From Tubiluchus corallicola (Eukaryota > Animalia > Priapulida): 41,524 bases of DNA. Positions within the stretch are counted from its first letter, which is position 1; each line of letters starts with the position of its first letter. Positions 1 through 12,859 of this stretch are shown in pieces. The notes below the pieces were generated by a model. It did no database searches. It saw only the letters and a program-made list of their open reading frames with translations, and was not told the origin of the DNA. The translations under genes were made by a program, and so were the position numbers. The stretch spans positions 1 to 41,524 of the forward strand of contig JAQGDQ010001432.1 of assembly GCA_030141605.1 (NCBI GenBank). The letters run 5' to 3'.

Positions 1-71
1 ACATACTGGAGAATGAAGCCATCAATTTAGATTGGTCCTTTAAATGCTCTCTCATGAACGACATTGTACAG
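1..71 (+). CDS. Receptor guanylyl cyclase (NPR-like), exon A, kinase-homology domain; truncated at window start
   Basis: Translates (D)ILENEAINLDWSFKCSLMNDIVQ, resembling NPR-A/B 'DILEN...LDWMFRYSL.NDIVKG'; donor CAG|gtac at 72; phase 0 into exon B. Confidence 0.93.
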
Positions 72-82
72 GTACTTTTTAA

Positions 83-335
83 GACGGTTTAGTCTAGTGG
101 TAGTGCGTGTGCTTTCCGTCTGAGAGGTCGTGAGTTCGAACCAGCGGCCGGTCATACCATAGACTTTAAAAATAGTACCTGCTGTTGCCCTGCCTGGCGC
201 GTGGTATTTAGGGTAAAAGTAGGGTAATAATAGTCTCTGTTATGTAGTTGTAGGTTGTTATTTACAGTCGATGATAATAGCTCTTTGAGCTAATGTTAAT
301 TGTTGACTCAAAAGCCGACTTTAAATAAAGATTAT
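83..335 (+). mobile_element. tRNA-derived SINE, MetaSINE-like
   Basis: Pol III A box TAGTCTAGTGG and B box GAGTTCGAACC, then GGTCATACCATAGACTTTAAAAATAGTACCTGCTG..CCTGCCTGGCGC resembling the Meta domain as recalled; ends AATAAA followed by (ATT)n tail. Confidence 0.75.
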
Positions 336-364
336 TAACATTTATTTATTTTTAATTATTTTTA

Positions 365-489
<125 letters not shown>

Positions 490-568
490 GTATTGGTCTA
501 AAATAGGTAAAATGTACTGAATATATATATCTACTTTACATATCTATTAAGACATATCTTGATAGGAA

Positions 569-3156
569 CTTTGTCTCGTTGGAATGCTGTCACTTTGTCT
601 CGTTGGAATGCTGTCACTTTGTCTCGCTGGAATGCTGTCACTTTGTCTCGTTGGAATGCTGTCACTTTGTCTCGCTGGAATGCTGCCACTTTGTCTCATT
701 GGAATGCTGCCACTTTGTCAAAATTGGAATGCTGTCACTTTGTCTCATTGGAATGCTGCCACTTTGTCTCATTGGAATGCTGTCACTTTGTCTCGCTGGA
801 ATGCTGTCACTTTGTCTCGTTGGAATGCTGTCACTTTGTCTCGTTGGAATGCTGTCACTTTGTCTCATTGGAATGCTGCCACTTTGTCTCGTTGGAATGC
901 TGTCACTTTGTCTCATTGGAATGCTGTCACTTTGTCCCATTGGAATGTTGTCACTTTGTCTCATTGGAATGCTGTCACTTTGTCCCATTGGAATGTTGTT
1001 TTGTTTGGTGTGCCACTTTGTCTCATTGGAATGCTGCCACTTTGTCAAAATTGGAATGCTGTCACTTTGTCTCGCTGGAATGCTGCCACTTTGTCTCATT
1101 GGAATGCTGTCACTTTGTCTCGCTGGAATGCTGTCACTTTGTCTCGTTGGAATGCTGTCACTTTGTCTCGTTAGAATGCTGTCACTTTGTCTCATTGGAA
1201 TGCTGTCACTTTGTCTCGTTGGAATGCTGTCACATTTTGTCTCGTTAGAATGCTGTCACTTTGTCTCGTTGGAATGCTGTCACTTTGTCTCGTTGGAATG
1301 TTGTCACTTTGTCTCGTTAGAATGCTGTCACTTTGTCTCATTGGAATGCTGTCACTTTGTCTCGTTGGAATGCTGTCACTTTGTCTCGTTAGAATGCTGT
1401 CACTTTGTCTTGTTGGAATGCTGTCACTTTGTCTCGTTAGAATGTTGTCACTTTGTCTCGTTAGAATGTTGTCACTTTGTCTCGTTGGAATGTTGTCACT
1501 TTGTCTCGCTGGAATGCTGTCACTTTGTCTCGTTGGAATGCTGTCACTTTGTCTCGTTAGAATGCTGCCACTTTGTCTCGCTGGAATGCTGTCACTTTGT
1601 CTCATTGGAATGCTGTCACTTTGTCTCATTGGAATGCTGTCACTTTGTCTCGTTGGAATGTTGTCACTTTGTCTCGTTAGAATGCTGTCACTTTGTCTCG
1701 TTGGAATGTTGTCACTTTGTCTCGTTGGAATGCTGTCACTTTGTCTCGCTGGAATGCTGTCACTTTGTCTCGTTGGAATGCTGTCACTTTGTCTCGTTGG
1801 AATGCTGTCACTTTGTCTCGTTGGAATGCTGTCACTTTGTCTCGTTGGAATGCTGTCACTTTGTCTCGTTAGAATGCTGTCACTTTGTCTCGCTGGAATG
1901 CTGTCACTTTGTCTCGCTGGAATGCTGTCACTTTGTCTCGTTAGAATGCTGTCACTTTGTCTCGCTGGAATGCTGTCACTTTGTCTCGTTGGAATGCTGT
2001 CACTTTGTCTCGTTGGAATGCTGTCACTTTGTCTCGCTGGAATGCTGTCACTTTGTCTCGTTGGAATGCTGTCACTTTGTCTCGTTGGAATGTTGTCACT
2101 TTGTCTCGCTGGAATGCTGTCACTTTGTCTCGTTGGAATGCTGTCACTTTGTCTCGTTAGAATGCTGTCACTTTGCCTCGCTGGAATGCTGTCACTTTGT
2201 CTTGCTGGAATGCTGTCACTTTGTCTCGTTAGAATGCTGTCACTTTGTCTCGTTAGAATGCTGTCACTTTGTCTCGTTGGAATGTTGTCACTTTGTCTCG
2301 CTGGAATGCTGTCACTTTGTCTCGCTGGAATGCTGTCACTTTGTCTCGTTAGAATGCTGCCACTTTGTCTCGCTGGAATGCTGTCACTTTGTCTCATTGG
2401 AATGCTGTCACTTTGTCCCATTGGAATGCTGTCACTTTGTCTCGTTGGAATGTTGTCACTTTGTCTCGTTAGAATGTTGTCACTTTGTCTCGTTGGAATG
2501 TTGTCACTTTGTCTCGTTGGAATGCTGTCACTTTGTCTCGCTGGAATGCTGTCACTTTGTCTCGTTGGAATGCTGTCACTTTGTCTCGTTGGAATGTTGT
2601 CACTTTGTCTCGCTGGAATGCTGTCACTTTGTCTCGTTGGAATGCTGTCACTTTGTCTCGTTAGAATGCTGTCACTTTGCCTCGCTGGAATGCTGTCACT
2701 TTGTCTTGCTGGAATGCTGTCACTTTGTCTCGTTAGAATGCTGTCACTTTGTCTCGTTAGAATGCTGTCACTTTGTCTCGTTGGAATGTTGTCACTTTGT
2801 CTCGCTGGAATGCTGTCACTTTGTCTCGCTGGAATGCTGTCACTTTGTCTCGTTAGAATGCTGCCACTTTGTCTCGCTGGAATGCTGTCACTTTGTCTCA
2901 TTGGAATGCTGTCACTTTGTCCCATTGGAATGTTGTCACTTTGTCTCATTGGAATGCTGTCACTTTGTCCCATTGGAATGTTGTCACTTTGTCCCATTGG
3001 AATGCTGCCACTTTGTCTCATTGGAATGCTGCCACTTTGTCAAAATTGGAATGCTGTCACTTTGTCTCGCTGGAATGCTGCCACTTTGTCTCATTGGAAT
3101 GCTGTCACTTTGTCCCGTTAGAATGCTGCCACTTTGTCTCGTTGGAATGCTGCCAC
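569..3156. repeat. 24-bp minisatellite (CACTTTGTCTCGTTGGAATGCTGT), about 108 copies, in intron A-B
   Basis: Directly visible periodicity; accounts for all SLECCHFV/MLSLCLVG ORFs. Confidence 0.98.
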
Positions 3157-3490
3157 TGAAATCGGAGCATTTATTCACTTGAAATTGGATCAGTATGACG
3201 AAAAATCATTCTATGGAAATCGCCATTTTGAGAATCTAAAATGGCCGCCATAAGAATTTCAAAAAAATGTAAAGGACGTTTTTTGGTAAACATATTCTCG
3301 GCTTTCCAAAAATGTATAGGTTATTTAATCTCCGACAATTATGAACGAACTACTTGATAAATACAAAGCGTACAAGACTATAGTAACACTTAATAAAATA
3401 CAGTGCATTACCACACTATAGTAACAATGATAGCCTTCGTTGCTTGTTCGCTAAATTTAAAAAAATCTTCTAACGATTTTTTGCTTCAAG

Positions 3491-3659
3491 GGCATGGCAT
3501 ATCTCCACGAATCGCCGATCAAATTCCACGGCAGTTTGAAATCTTCTAACTGCGTCATCGACAGCAGATTTGTACTGAAAATAACCGACTACGGTATTCC
3601 TACAATACGATCGTTAGAACCGAATCGTCTGACCATTAACGACGACACGAAACCACAGA
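3491..3659 (+). CDS. Receptor guanylyl cyclase exon B (kinase-homology domain)
   Basis: caag|[56 protein letters not shown]|gtaag; 169 nt, ends phase 1. Confidence 0.96.
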
Positions 3660-3672
3660 GTAAGTTTTAGAC

Positions 3673-4113
3673 CAGGGGTGTGCAAATTGCGGCCCGCGAA
3701 GAGATTTGTCAACCTAATGAAAGTGCGGCCCGGGCCATTAATTGAGTGTATCCATCTGAAGTCCGTGCCAAAGATAGTGCGGGTAGTTTTTTCTACTAGA
3801 TCGGATGCCATTAACCCTTACAAGACGGTTGTAGCTTAATGTGACTGTACTACACCGACTGTGTGATACACGTTACTAATATGCATTGTAATGAAATTAC
3901 CACTATCTGTCCTGAAATTAGAAATATGTGGTTTGTAATATAAATCTTAATAACTTCTAAAATAGTTTCTTGAGTTTAGTAGTAATGATGTACGCAGGTC
4001 GGATGCAAAAAAATCGTTATTAGGTCTTTCTGTACTTGGCTCCTTGATCAAACTGCAGGAATTGCGGGAAAGTTTAATGTGGCCCGGCTAGTCAGACAAT
4101 TTGCACACACCTA
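3673..4113. mobile_element. hAT (Charlie-like) non-autonomous element/MITE
   Basis: TIRs CAGGGGTGTGCAAATTG / CAATTTGCACACACCTA (15/17); 8-bp TSD TTTTAGAC / TTTTAGTC (7/8); GCGGCCCG subterminal motifs. Confidence 0.8.
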
Positions 4114-4349
4114 TTTTAGTCTAACAAACTCTTTTCAGTAATTTGAAGAAAATCTTCTTGAAGTGGGATTTAAATTAATCTTAGTAAGCTTTTACCTTCG
4201 ATGTCCATTAGCGTCTTAATTCACTTTACTTTTTTGTTAACATTAGAAGATGTCCCTTCTTGATAAAATCAGAAAGAGATTTCGTTTGCTGGTACGTGTC
4301 TTTTCTCGTCAAGGATTTATTCTCCATATATTATAATCAATTGAAGTCA

Positions 4350-4812
4350 TGGTCATCATCATCATCATCGTCGTCGTCCTCGTCGATATTGTTCTTATCA
4401 CATTCGTCATCAAAAGCATTGCATTTCTTTTCTCTTTAAGAACAGGTTGATAAATTATAATTAATCATCGTCACCATAGCCATCGTCAGTGCATCATCTC
4501 ATCATCATCATCATCGTCGTCGTCGTCGTCGTCATCATTATCATCATCATCACTATCATCATCATCATCATCACGACCCCTGCCATAATCACCATTGTTA
4601 CATTATAATCATCATTATAACCATCATCGTCGTCGTCGTCGTCATCGTCACATCATCATCATCGTCATCATCATCATCATCATCACCACCACCATCATCA
4701 TCATTATCATCATCATCATCATCACCACCACTGCCATCATCATCATCATTATCATTATAATCATCATTATAACCATCATCGTCACTATCATCATCACCAC
4801 CACCACCTCATC
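4350..4812. repeat. Degenerate (CAT/CGT/CAC)n microsatellite
   Basis: Visible trinucleotide runs. Confidence 0.9.
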
Positions 4813-4902
4813 TTTACTTTATGTTTAATTTCTTCCTTTGAAATGTATGTAGAGATCACTAATTCTTTTACCAACTAGCATCATCGTCTTCTTTTCTCAT
4901 AG

Positions 4903-5052
4903 AATTATTATGGACCGCTCCTGAAATACTCCGCCATGAGATCCCAGCTTCCGGTTCTCAGAAGGCTGACATTTATAGCTTCGCCATCATACTGCAGGAA
5001 ATCATTCTCCGGTGTGGTCCCTTTGAGGGAGAGGAAATGACCGATTCAGCTG
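4903..5052 (+). CDS. Receptor guanylyl cyclase exon C
   Basis: catag|(K)[49 protein letters not shown]|gtatg; 150 nt. Confidence 0.96.
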
Positions 5053-5891
5053 GTATGTAGAACATGACACTTTTGTGGTTGTAAGTTTCTGTGACGTTTT
5101 TGTGAAAGTTTAAACTTAATTATTGCTTTACTGCTTTTCAAACTGCGCTTGAAATTCCTACTGACTTTTGCGGATCATTTTCAACTGCATGAGTCAAGCT
5201 TTCTCCTTTTGCTTGTAGTTACATGGTAACCTACGTATCTTGCCGGTGCTGACAAGCCACTGGCGTAGCAGTGTCTAGTTTTTTGCTGGATTACTGCTGC
5301 GTTTACCTGTCTGAAGGCAGATTTCTTTTATTTTAGAATTCTGCCTGCCCAATGTCTACAATAGACGTGACGGGCAGACGATGATGATGATGCGTATCTT
5401 GATCTTTGTATAAACTTTCCCAACTAAAGGCACATCGAACAAACTGTTCGTTGTCAAGGCATCTAAAACAAAGAAATGTACCAGAATTTAGAAACAACAT
5501 CGAAATACAGTTCAGTAGTTAGTAGGCAAAAGGTATATGATATAACATTACATAGATAATTTAAAAATTTGCCATACAGATTACATATCTTGATTGGTAT
5601 GTAACTATGCCACACTCCACAAACAAACAAACAAATATGTTAGTAGTAACAAAACTACTGTATCAATGTTGCAGAGCTGTCATTTTGTTGCTCAAATCCA
5701 CAAAACACAGCGCACTTTTGATGTTTTACAAGCTCAAATGCACATCAGCAGCAAATTGAATTGTATTTCGATCTTGTTTCTAAATTCTGGTAAATTTCTT
5801 TGCCTTGACAATAAACAGGATTTTCGAAACCGCTCGTCAATAAATTTTATTTTGATTTTTATTTCATTTTTATCGATTATTATTATTACAG

Positions 5892-6060
5892 CTATTGTTC
5901 AGATGGTAAAAGAGAAGAAAGCTACGCCATTCCGACCAAAGATTCCGTCCGGTTCATGTCCAGTGGGGTTACTCGTGTTGATGCAGGAGTGTTGGGCTGA
6001 ACAGCCAAATAATCGCCCTCCTTTTACATCTATTCGTACAACTATGAAAAAAGTCAATAA
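5892..6060 (+). CDS. Receptor guanylyl cyclase exon D
   Basis: tacag|(A)IVQMVKEKKATPFRPKIPSGSCPVGLLVLMQECWAEQPNNRPPFTSIRTTMKKVN|gtatg; 169 nt. Confidence 0.96.
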
Positions 6061-6921
6061 GTATGTACAAACTCTACCTTGCTGTTGGAAATTGAACAAA
6101 ACAATCACATTCAATTCAATTCAATTCAATGATCTTTTATTTAGCTGATTTGCATCACAAAACATTAAACTATATACATAACGATAATAACAATACAATA
6201 ATAAAAACAGAAACGATTTGAAAAGTGTACAAATTAGCCTCGAGGAGAGTAGGGGCGTGAGGTTTTGGAACTCACCACCAGACGGCGCAAACACATGCAG
6301 ACAGAGAAATACATAAAAAATAGCTCAAAGTTAAGACAATATTCAGCTATAAAAACAATTAATGGTAACAATATAAACAAATGAGGTTATAAGTACTTTT
6401 AAACGCCAATTAGCAGGTCAGGTAACAAGTTAGTAACAAATCAAATATAAACTTTTTAAAACATTGTAATTGAAATTGTTTTTGCTAACACTAAATTTAT
6501 GTATAATATAAGCTTTGGCCACATTTGAATTAATTTTGACTGTGAAGATCTCATTGAGGTTTAATAGTCTAACTTGTAAAACCATAAACTAAACTAAACT
6601 GCGTATTTTCTTGATTGCAAAATATTTTAATCAACAACTCATAGACGTAAGCGTTGTGCATTTCTTCCTACAAACGAAACTAGACTATATATTTCCACCA
6701 ATTCACTTGCAATTTCAATTGACAATAATAAAATCTAAAACAAGGCTAATATTTCTCTGGCTAACCAATGAAAAGTTGAGCATTTTTCATAACAGTGTTA
6801 GACGGAGCTGTAACTAAATGTCCCGAACGTACCTGCTGCAGGGGTGTGTGAAATAAATTGCACGCTGATTGGGCAGTCAACGAAAATGACGTCAATTTTG
6901 ACAGAGCATGAATGTTTTTAG

Positions 6922-7071
6922 AAATAGTGGTGGAGGCAGCATTTTGGACAACTTACTGATGAGGATGGAGCAGTATGCGAATGACTTGGAAGCTCTCGTG
7001 GAGGAACGTACAGCTGCTTTCTTGGAGGAAAAGAGAAAATCCGAGGCTCTACTCTACCAAATATTACCACA
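6922..7071 (+). CDS. Receptor guanylyl cyclase exon E (coiled-coil hinge)
   Basis: tttag|(K)[49 protein letters not shown]|gtaaa; 150 nt. Confidence 0.97.
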
Positions 7072-8079
7072 GTAAATATTACCTTTCGTAATTATTACTT
7101 GATAATATAGTTGCAGTTTACATCGTTTTATATTTAAGAAAGCCGTAGAAGCACCTTTATGTCACTGCAAGTAGTTTTATGCGCAACTAACTGTATTTTT
7201 ATCTTACTTAACATTATTTAATTAAATAATTTATAATTTATAATTTATTGGGTTAAAGAATATTAACCCAAAATTATATGGTCATTAATACGTTAACAAA
7301 ATTATATGGTCATTAATTACAAAGTACCAGACAAAACAAAAAAATTAAGAACAAGGTGTTGCGTAGCACATTACCAACAAAACACAAAACATCATAATGT
7401 ATGTCATAAACCAAACTTCACATGCACCTACAACACACTAAAATTGATACGTAGCATCTGGATGCATTTGCGTTTCCACCTGCGGATTAGCCACGGAAAA
7501 AAATCAATAGGAAAAAGAATAACGCATACGCAGGCTACATGAACGGGTGCATTAAAAACAATATAAACCGTTTCTATCTATTCCGCAGCCCCAAAAACGC
7601 ATACGCATCTGCATGCTTACGAAACGCCACTTTACGCAGGGGCACATTTACCATTATTCGGATCACACAAATTGCCTGCCTTTTACTTTAACCCTACATT
7701 TCAATGAAATCTTGGCAAGTATGGTGTTGTGTAGATTTATGTTTTCGTGGCACAAAAGAACATTTTCTTTCGATAAGGAATGCCAATGAAAAAATTTTCA
7801 GGTTTTTCAGACTAAAAGCATAACAGAAAACACACAAGTTTGCGCTTCAATGCACACAGCTTATGGCCTTTTTTAAGTAACAATAAAATAAGTTATAATA
7901 AACTTTAGGAAGTAAATTACAGGAATTTCCCGTTTTTTTATTGTCACATTTTTATCGGGAATTTCCAGACCTAAGTGCCTTTTCAGTTGCATGTTTTGAT
8001 GCTCCATTCAAAAGGACTGTTAAAAACTAAAGCGTTTGTATTCTTTACCGTATACTCACTGAATACTTTGCTTTGACAG

Positions 8080-8203
8080 ATCAATAGCTGATCAACTGAA
8101 ACAAGGTCGCAGCGTTGAACCTGAAGCTTATGAAAGTGTTACGATCTACTTCAGTGATATTGTTGGCTTCACAAAGCTTTCATCAGAAAGTACACCTTTA
8201 CAG
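8080..8203 (+). CDS. Receptor guanylyl cyclase exon F (start of cyclase domain)
   Basis: gacag|(Q)[41 protein letters not shown]|gtaaa; 124 nt. Confidence 0.97.
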
Positions 8204-8377
8204 GTAAACTCTAATTAAGTATCCAATAGCTTCTGCTTAGAAAGAGAAACGCAGCGTCTAAAGTTCGCTGCCAAAAGTTTATCGAAGTGGCTTACGCGTC
8301 ACGTTAAGGTCGTATATCTAAAATTAAGAAATATTATTTTAATTAATTAAATAATGTAATTTTTTTTATTACAGGCG

Positions 8378-9012
8378 CTTAAAAACATTTTAGTTAAGAC
8401 AAAATAACTTTATTAAAACTTTTAATTTACATTGTTAAAAAATCATGTCAAACGTTTTGATCGAGCTACTGTCGTTGTCAGTGGTAATTTTTTACAAACA
8501 TACGAACAGTTTATATAAGCAGAGCTACAGTATAGAACATTATGCACTAATTATGTATTTAACAGAAGCCAAATAGGTAATGAATAAACAGACCAGTAGA
8601 AAAGAAATTGATACAGTAAATTATGCACTAATTATGTATTTACAAAAAGCCAAATAGGTAATGATTAAGCAGACCAGTAGAAAAGAAATTGATACAGTAA
8701 ATTATGCACTAATTATGTATTTAACAGAAGCCAAATAGGTAATGAATAAACAGACCAGTAGAAAAGAAATTGATACAGTAAATTATGCACTAATTATGTA
8801 TTTACAAAAAGCCAAATAGGTAATGATTAAGCAGACCAGTAGAAAAGAAATTGGTACAGTAACAAAATAGTTATTTGTAGCTCTGTTCACAATGCTGAAA
8901 TTATCAAAATCAGCTTTGTGGCCAGAGGCACAAATATGGTCATTAATGCTTTAACGAGGAGAATTTTTAACGGTTTGCCAGTTCTAGACGAAGTACCCAA
9001 GTGCTCTTGCTT
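8378..9012 (-). mobile_element. Penelope-like retroelement 3' fragment (copy A)
   Basis: Minus-strand translation QEHLGTSSRTGKPL../..SINDHICASGHKADFDNFSIVNRATNN resembles a PLE GIY-YIG C-terminus, with frameshift and stop; homologous to 19577-20035; degenerate hammerhead motif at about 8448-8484. Confidence 0.75.
8539..8862. repeat. 81-bp tandem repeat x4 in ABAB pattern inside the Penelope-like relic
   Basis: Units start at 8539, 8620, 8701, 8782; single copy in the sister element at about 19744-19823. Confidence 0.93.
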
Positions 9013-9471
9013 ACCTTACAAATTCTAAACGGTATGCGTGTGTTGTAAATATTGAAAGTGTGTGTAGTAAATATAAAACCTATTTTACCTCTTACATCTT
9101 CTCTTTCCATTTTGCCTTCTGTTCAGTCCTGTACCAGTCTGTCTTCTTGGCCAGAGCTGATATATCAATGTCTGTTTTTGTGATTAGTAACAGTTTGTTT
9201 TGTAAAGTTATGTAACAGTGTATTATTCACTGCGTGTTGGAAATAAAATAAACAAAAAATAATAATAAAAATATATGAAGAAAACTATAAGCCTGGTAAT
9301 TTATAAGTGTAGTTTGCTTATAAGTAGCTAATAGTTAAAAGTTGCTTAGCTAGCGATTTGCAGTTTTGAAGTTTGTAATCAAGGAACAAATTAGGGCCTA
9401 AAAGGAAGCTCAGTAAACGGTTTTCTTTTAAGCCATAGCCAAACTTTATTGTTCGCTATTGTGCGAAAATG

Positions 9472-9933
9472 TGTAACACCTGATTAACGACCATCGCTGC
9501 AAGTCGACTTCAGAACAGGTTTGGCCCATCGTGACGAGGTGTCAAACAAATTAGCTTCACGCTGCGTTAGGCAGCTGGATGATTCATTAGGGTAGTTTGG
9601 TGATAATAATTTTGCTCGAATGTGATTTTAATTTAATTTAGTTTAATACAGTTTTAATTATACTTCAGTGTGATTTTAATTACTGTGGCTTTAACTTAAA
9701 TTCTATTTTAAGGTGATTTTAATTAAATGTTGTAGTTTTTAATTGCAGTCTATTTTTTAACTAGAATATTTTTAGCTAAAGTGGCTTTAGTGTGTCCTTG
9801 TAAATCATGCTACTCATGCTGGTATTAATAAATTATTAATGTTTCTCATGTGACTTGGATGGTGTTTAATTTAATTTAAGTTCATTTAAACTTAATGAGG
9901 GCTTGATGGTCACCCCCGGTACGTAATGTAACA
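9472..9933 (+). mobile_element. Possible LTR fragment(s)
   Basis: TGTAACA at both ends and internal AATAAA near 9827; no TSD found. Confidence 0.3.
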
Positions 9934-10247
9934 GCTCAGCAGTGTTGTCAGCTGCCGCAAGAGCCACCTGGAGGCGGACGATCACCGCTTTTGTTGTCCG
10001 TGAATCATCTAGTGGCGGGTTTTCATATAAAATTCATAATATTTAGTACTTAACGCACCGGAAGCGGAAATTAATTAATTAGCGTGAATAATCTTCTGAG
10101 ACGTGACACTGAACCATCAACAAGAACTTTGCCACTTTTGAATGTTTATACACCTTCCCTTAGCAAGAGGCGCCTATATCGGCACTGTGCAAATGCAGTC
10201 GTCATCGCCGTTGTGTTCGTTGTTGCAGCTGTTGTAATTGTTGTTCT

Positions 10248-10630
<383 letters not shown>

Positions 10631-11135
10631 AATCATTTGACCGGTTCTGCCCCTGGTACAAAATCTTGGAAGGAAATTGTACATGCGTATTTATCCTTTG
10701 TAATTATATGCTTTTATCTGAAGATAGTAATAGTATGTATTATATGTATGTAGTTACTTTATGGATACGTTCAGTTAATGCTTGCAAAGTCTTACGATTT
10801 AACCAGCAAAAGTGCTTAACTTACCTTACAATACAGTATTTTCACTTTTATAAAATGTAAAAAAATTGCAAATATTTTAAAATAAAACAAAACAATTATG
10901 CAAAGTTACGGGTGGGATAGAGAATAGTAAAAATCTCACCAAGGTTAGCATTTCAATTTCTATAGAATTTCTAGGGTTTCTAGATATTAGGTGAATGCCA
11001 TTAATAAACTGTCTTACAAGGTTTCGTAAAAAGACAACAATATTTATTCTTGTTATTAACAGAACATCGTAGCGCATAGGTCTTCACTTAATCTAAGCTA
11101 CAGAAGAGGAACAATTCATACGCTTTCACATTTAA

Positions 11136-11782
11136 AGGAAAACAGGATGATTTTTCATATTTTCAAGTCAAGTCTCTGAAAAAGTATACATTTTAACATA
11201 ATTAATACTGCAAAAGTGTTTCTGGTAATTAAATAATAGATTAAAAATTTAATGAACGGCGGGCGAGCCCAACTATTGATAACGTCACAAACTAACATAA
11301 TTAATACTGCAAAAGTGTTTCTGATAATTAAATAATAGATTAAAAATTTTATGAACGGCGGGCGAGCCCAACTATTGATAACGTCACAAACTAACATAAT
11401 TAATACTGCAAAAGTGTTTCTGGTAATTAAATAATAGATTAAAAATTTAATGAACGGCGGGCGAGCCCAACTATTGATAACGTCACAAACTAACATAATT
11501 AATACTGCAAAAGTGTTTCTGATAATTAAATAATAGATTAAAAGTTTAATGAACGGCGGGCGAGCCCAACTATTGATAACGTCACAAACTAACATAATTA
11601 ATACTACAAAAGTGTTTCTGGTAATTAAATAATAGATTAAAAGTTTAATGAACGGCGGGCGAGCTCAACTATTGATAACGTCACAAACTAACATAATTAA
11701 TACTGCAAAAGTGTTTCTGGTAATTAAATAATAGATTAAAAATTTAATGAACGGCGGGCGAGCTGAACTATTGATGACATCA
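11136..11782 (+). mobile_element. Kolobok-like MITE family, partial copy carrying a 99-bp tandem array
   Basis: Begins TTAA|AGGAAAACAGGATGATTTTTCAT, as do 12120 and the reverse complement of about 34075-34099. Confidence 0.6.
11197..11782. repeat. 99-bp tandem repeat x6
   Basis: Units at 11197, 11296, 11395, 11494, 11593, 11692; 33-aa periodic ORF. Confidence 0.96.
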
Positions 11783-12119
11783 CCAGTTTTCAACGCGTTG
11801 ATTTCACGCACTCGATCCAGCCACGTATGATTTTCTGTGTAACCTATCAGTTCCATTGCGTCTTAGAAATTGCTGGAAGGAACGAACATGTCCATCTCTG
11901 TACCAAAATCGCCCCTTACGATAAGTGAACAACCAACACATTCTTTCACTGCTACTAAAAAGTACCCTCCTATGATAGAAGGATTACTGTTTGTATGATA
12001 CCCGTTCAACCAAATTATTTTTCGCGAGAAACCGTCTATACAACCATCAATGCACAAACCACAAGGTTTTAATTTGTCGTAACTGTCAACATGCCATATA
12101 AAATTTGGTCTTGACTTTC
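11783..12119 (-). pseudogene. Integrase-core (DDE) transposase relic, IS3EU-like
   Basis: PNFIWHVDSYDKLKPCGLCIDGCIDGFSRKIIWL...VRGDFGTE, then after a frameshift FLRRNGTD..SYVAGSSA*NQRVENW*; all three DDE motifs present but disrupted. Confidence 0.82.
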
Positions 12120-12123
12120 TTAA

Positions 12124-12670
12124 AGGAAGACAGGAATAATTTTTCATATACTACCCCATTTTCATGTCCCATAAAAAGTATACATGTTAACACGATTGAT
12201 TTTGCAAAAGCATGACATCTTAATTAACGGTGGGTGAGGTCAATTAGTGATGACATCACAGACTAACATATTTTTCAACAGCAAAAATATTCCACGAGCA
12301 TCTTACACGTGTTTGTGAAAGCAAAAATTGAAGTGCTACTGTAAGATATTCAGTTGGTTGTACTAAGACTAGGCAAGTTTTAAGATAAAAATTCAAATTT
12401 TAAAGCTCCCGCTGTACACACGCATGAGCTGTCGAGCTTGTGCAGTTCGTCACAAACTAACACATCTGAACTTAGAGGTGCAGCACCCATTTTTGTGCAA
12501 CGTGTTTCCGAAATGCAGGCACTAATGCCCGTCTAACTCTGGCGAAATGAAACAGCGAAGAACTAATTCTTTCACGAAAGTCATTTTTTAAAAACAGAAT
12601 GTTTCCTTTCAATATTTTAAAGAGTAGATTATTTTGACCTACAGATTGGGTCTAGTTTTGGTTTAAGTGA
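12124..12670 (+). mobile_element. Kolobok-like MITE family copy
   Basis: TTAA|AGGAAGACAGG start and TGTTTCCT|TTCAA near 12607; homologous to the reverse complement of 33490-34099 and to 32070-32430. Confidence 0.62.
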
Positions 12671-12689
12671 CTCAATACTTATTTCCAAG

Positions 12690-12859
12690 ACAGTCCGGAT
12701 TTTTATTACCCGCATGTCACTTCGACAAACGCGTGCTTTGTCGAAAAACTAGAGGGTCCATTTTTTTAAAGTCTTTGTTATGAATCAGTCGGGAGTTGAA
12801 CGCGGAACCTTCTGGGTGGGAAGCGAGCATGCTATCATTGACCTATATCAGTGTGTCCC
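12690..12859 (-). mobile_element. Second tRNA-derived SINE (MetaSINE-like, diverged)
   Basis: Reverse complement has A-box-like TAGGTCAATGA, B-box-like GTTCAACTCC, then TCATAACAAAGACTTTAAAAAAATGGACCC resembling the core of the SINE at 83-335. Confidence 0.62.

Noticed and set aside
83-150. Possible tRNA gene
   Set aside because: Acceptor stem does not close and the sequence continues into a SINE body and tail
559-3182. 867-aa, 644-aa and 609-aa ORFs with Cys/His-rich repeats (SLECCHFV)
   Set aside because: Translations of a 24-bp intronic minisatellite; frames shift freely and no gene structure is present
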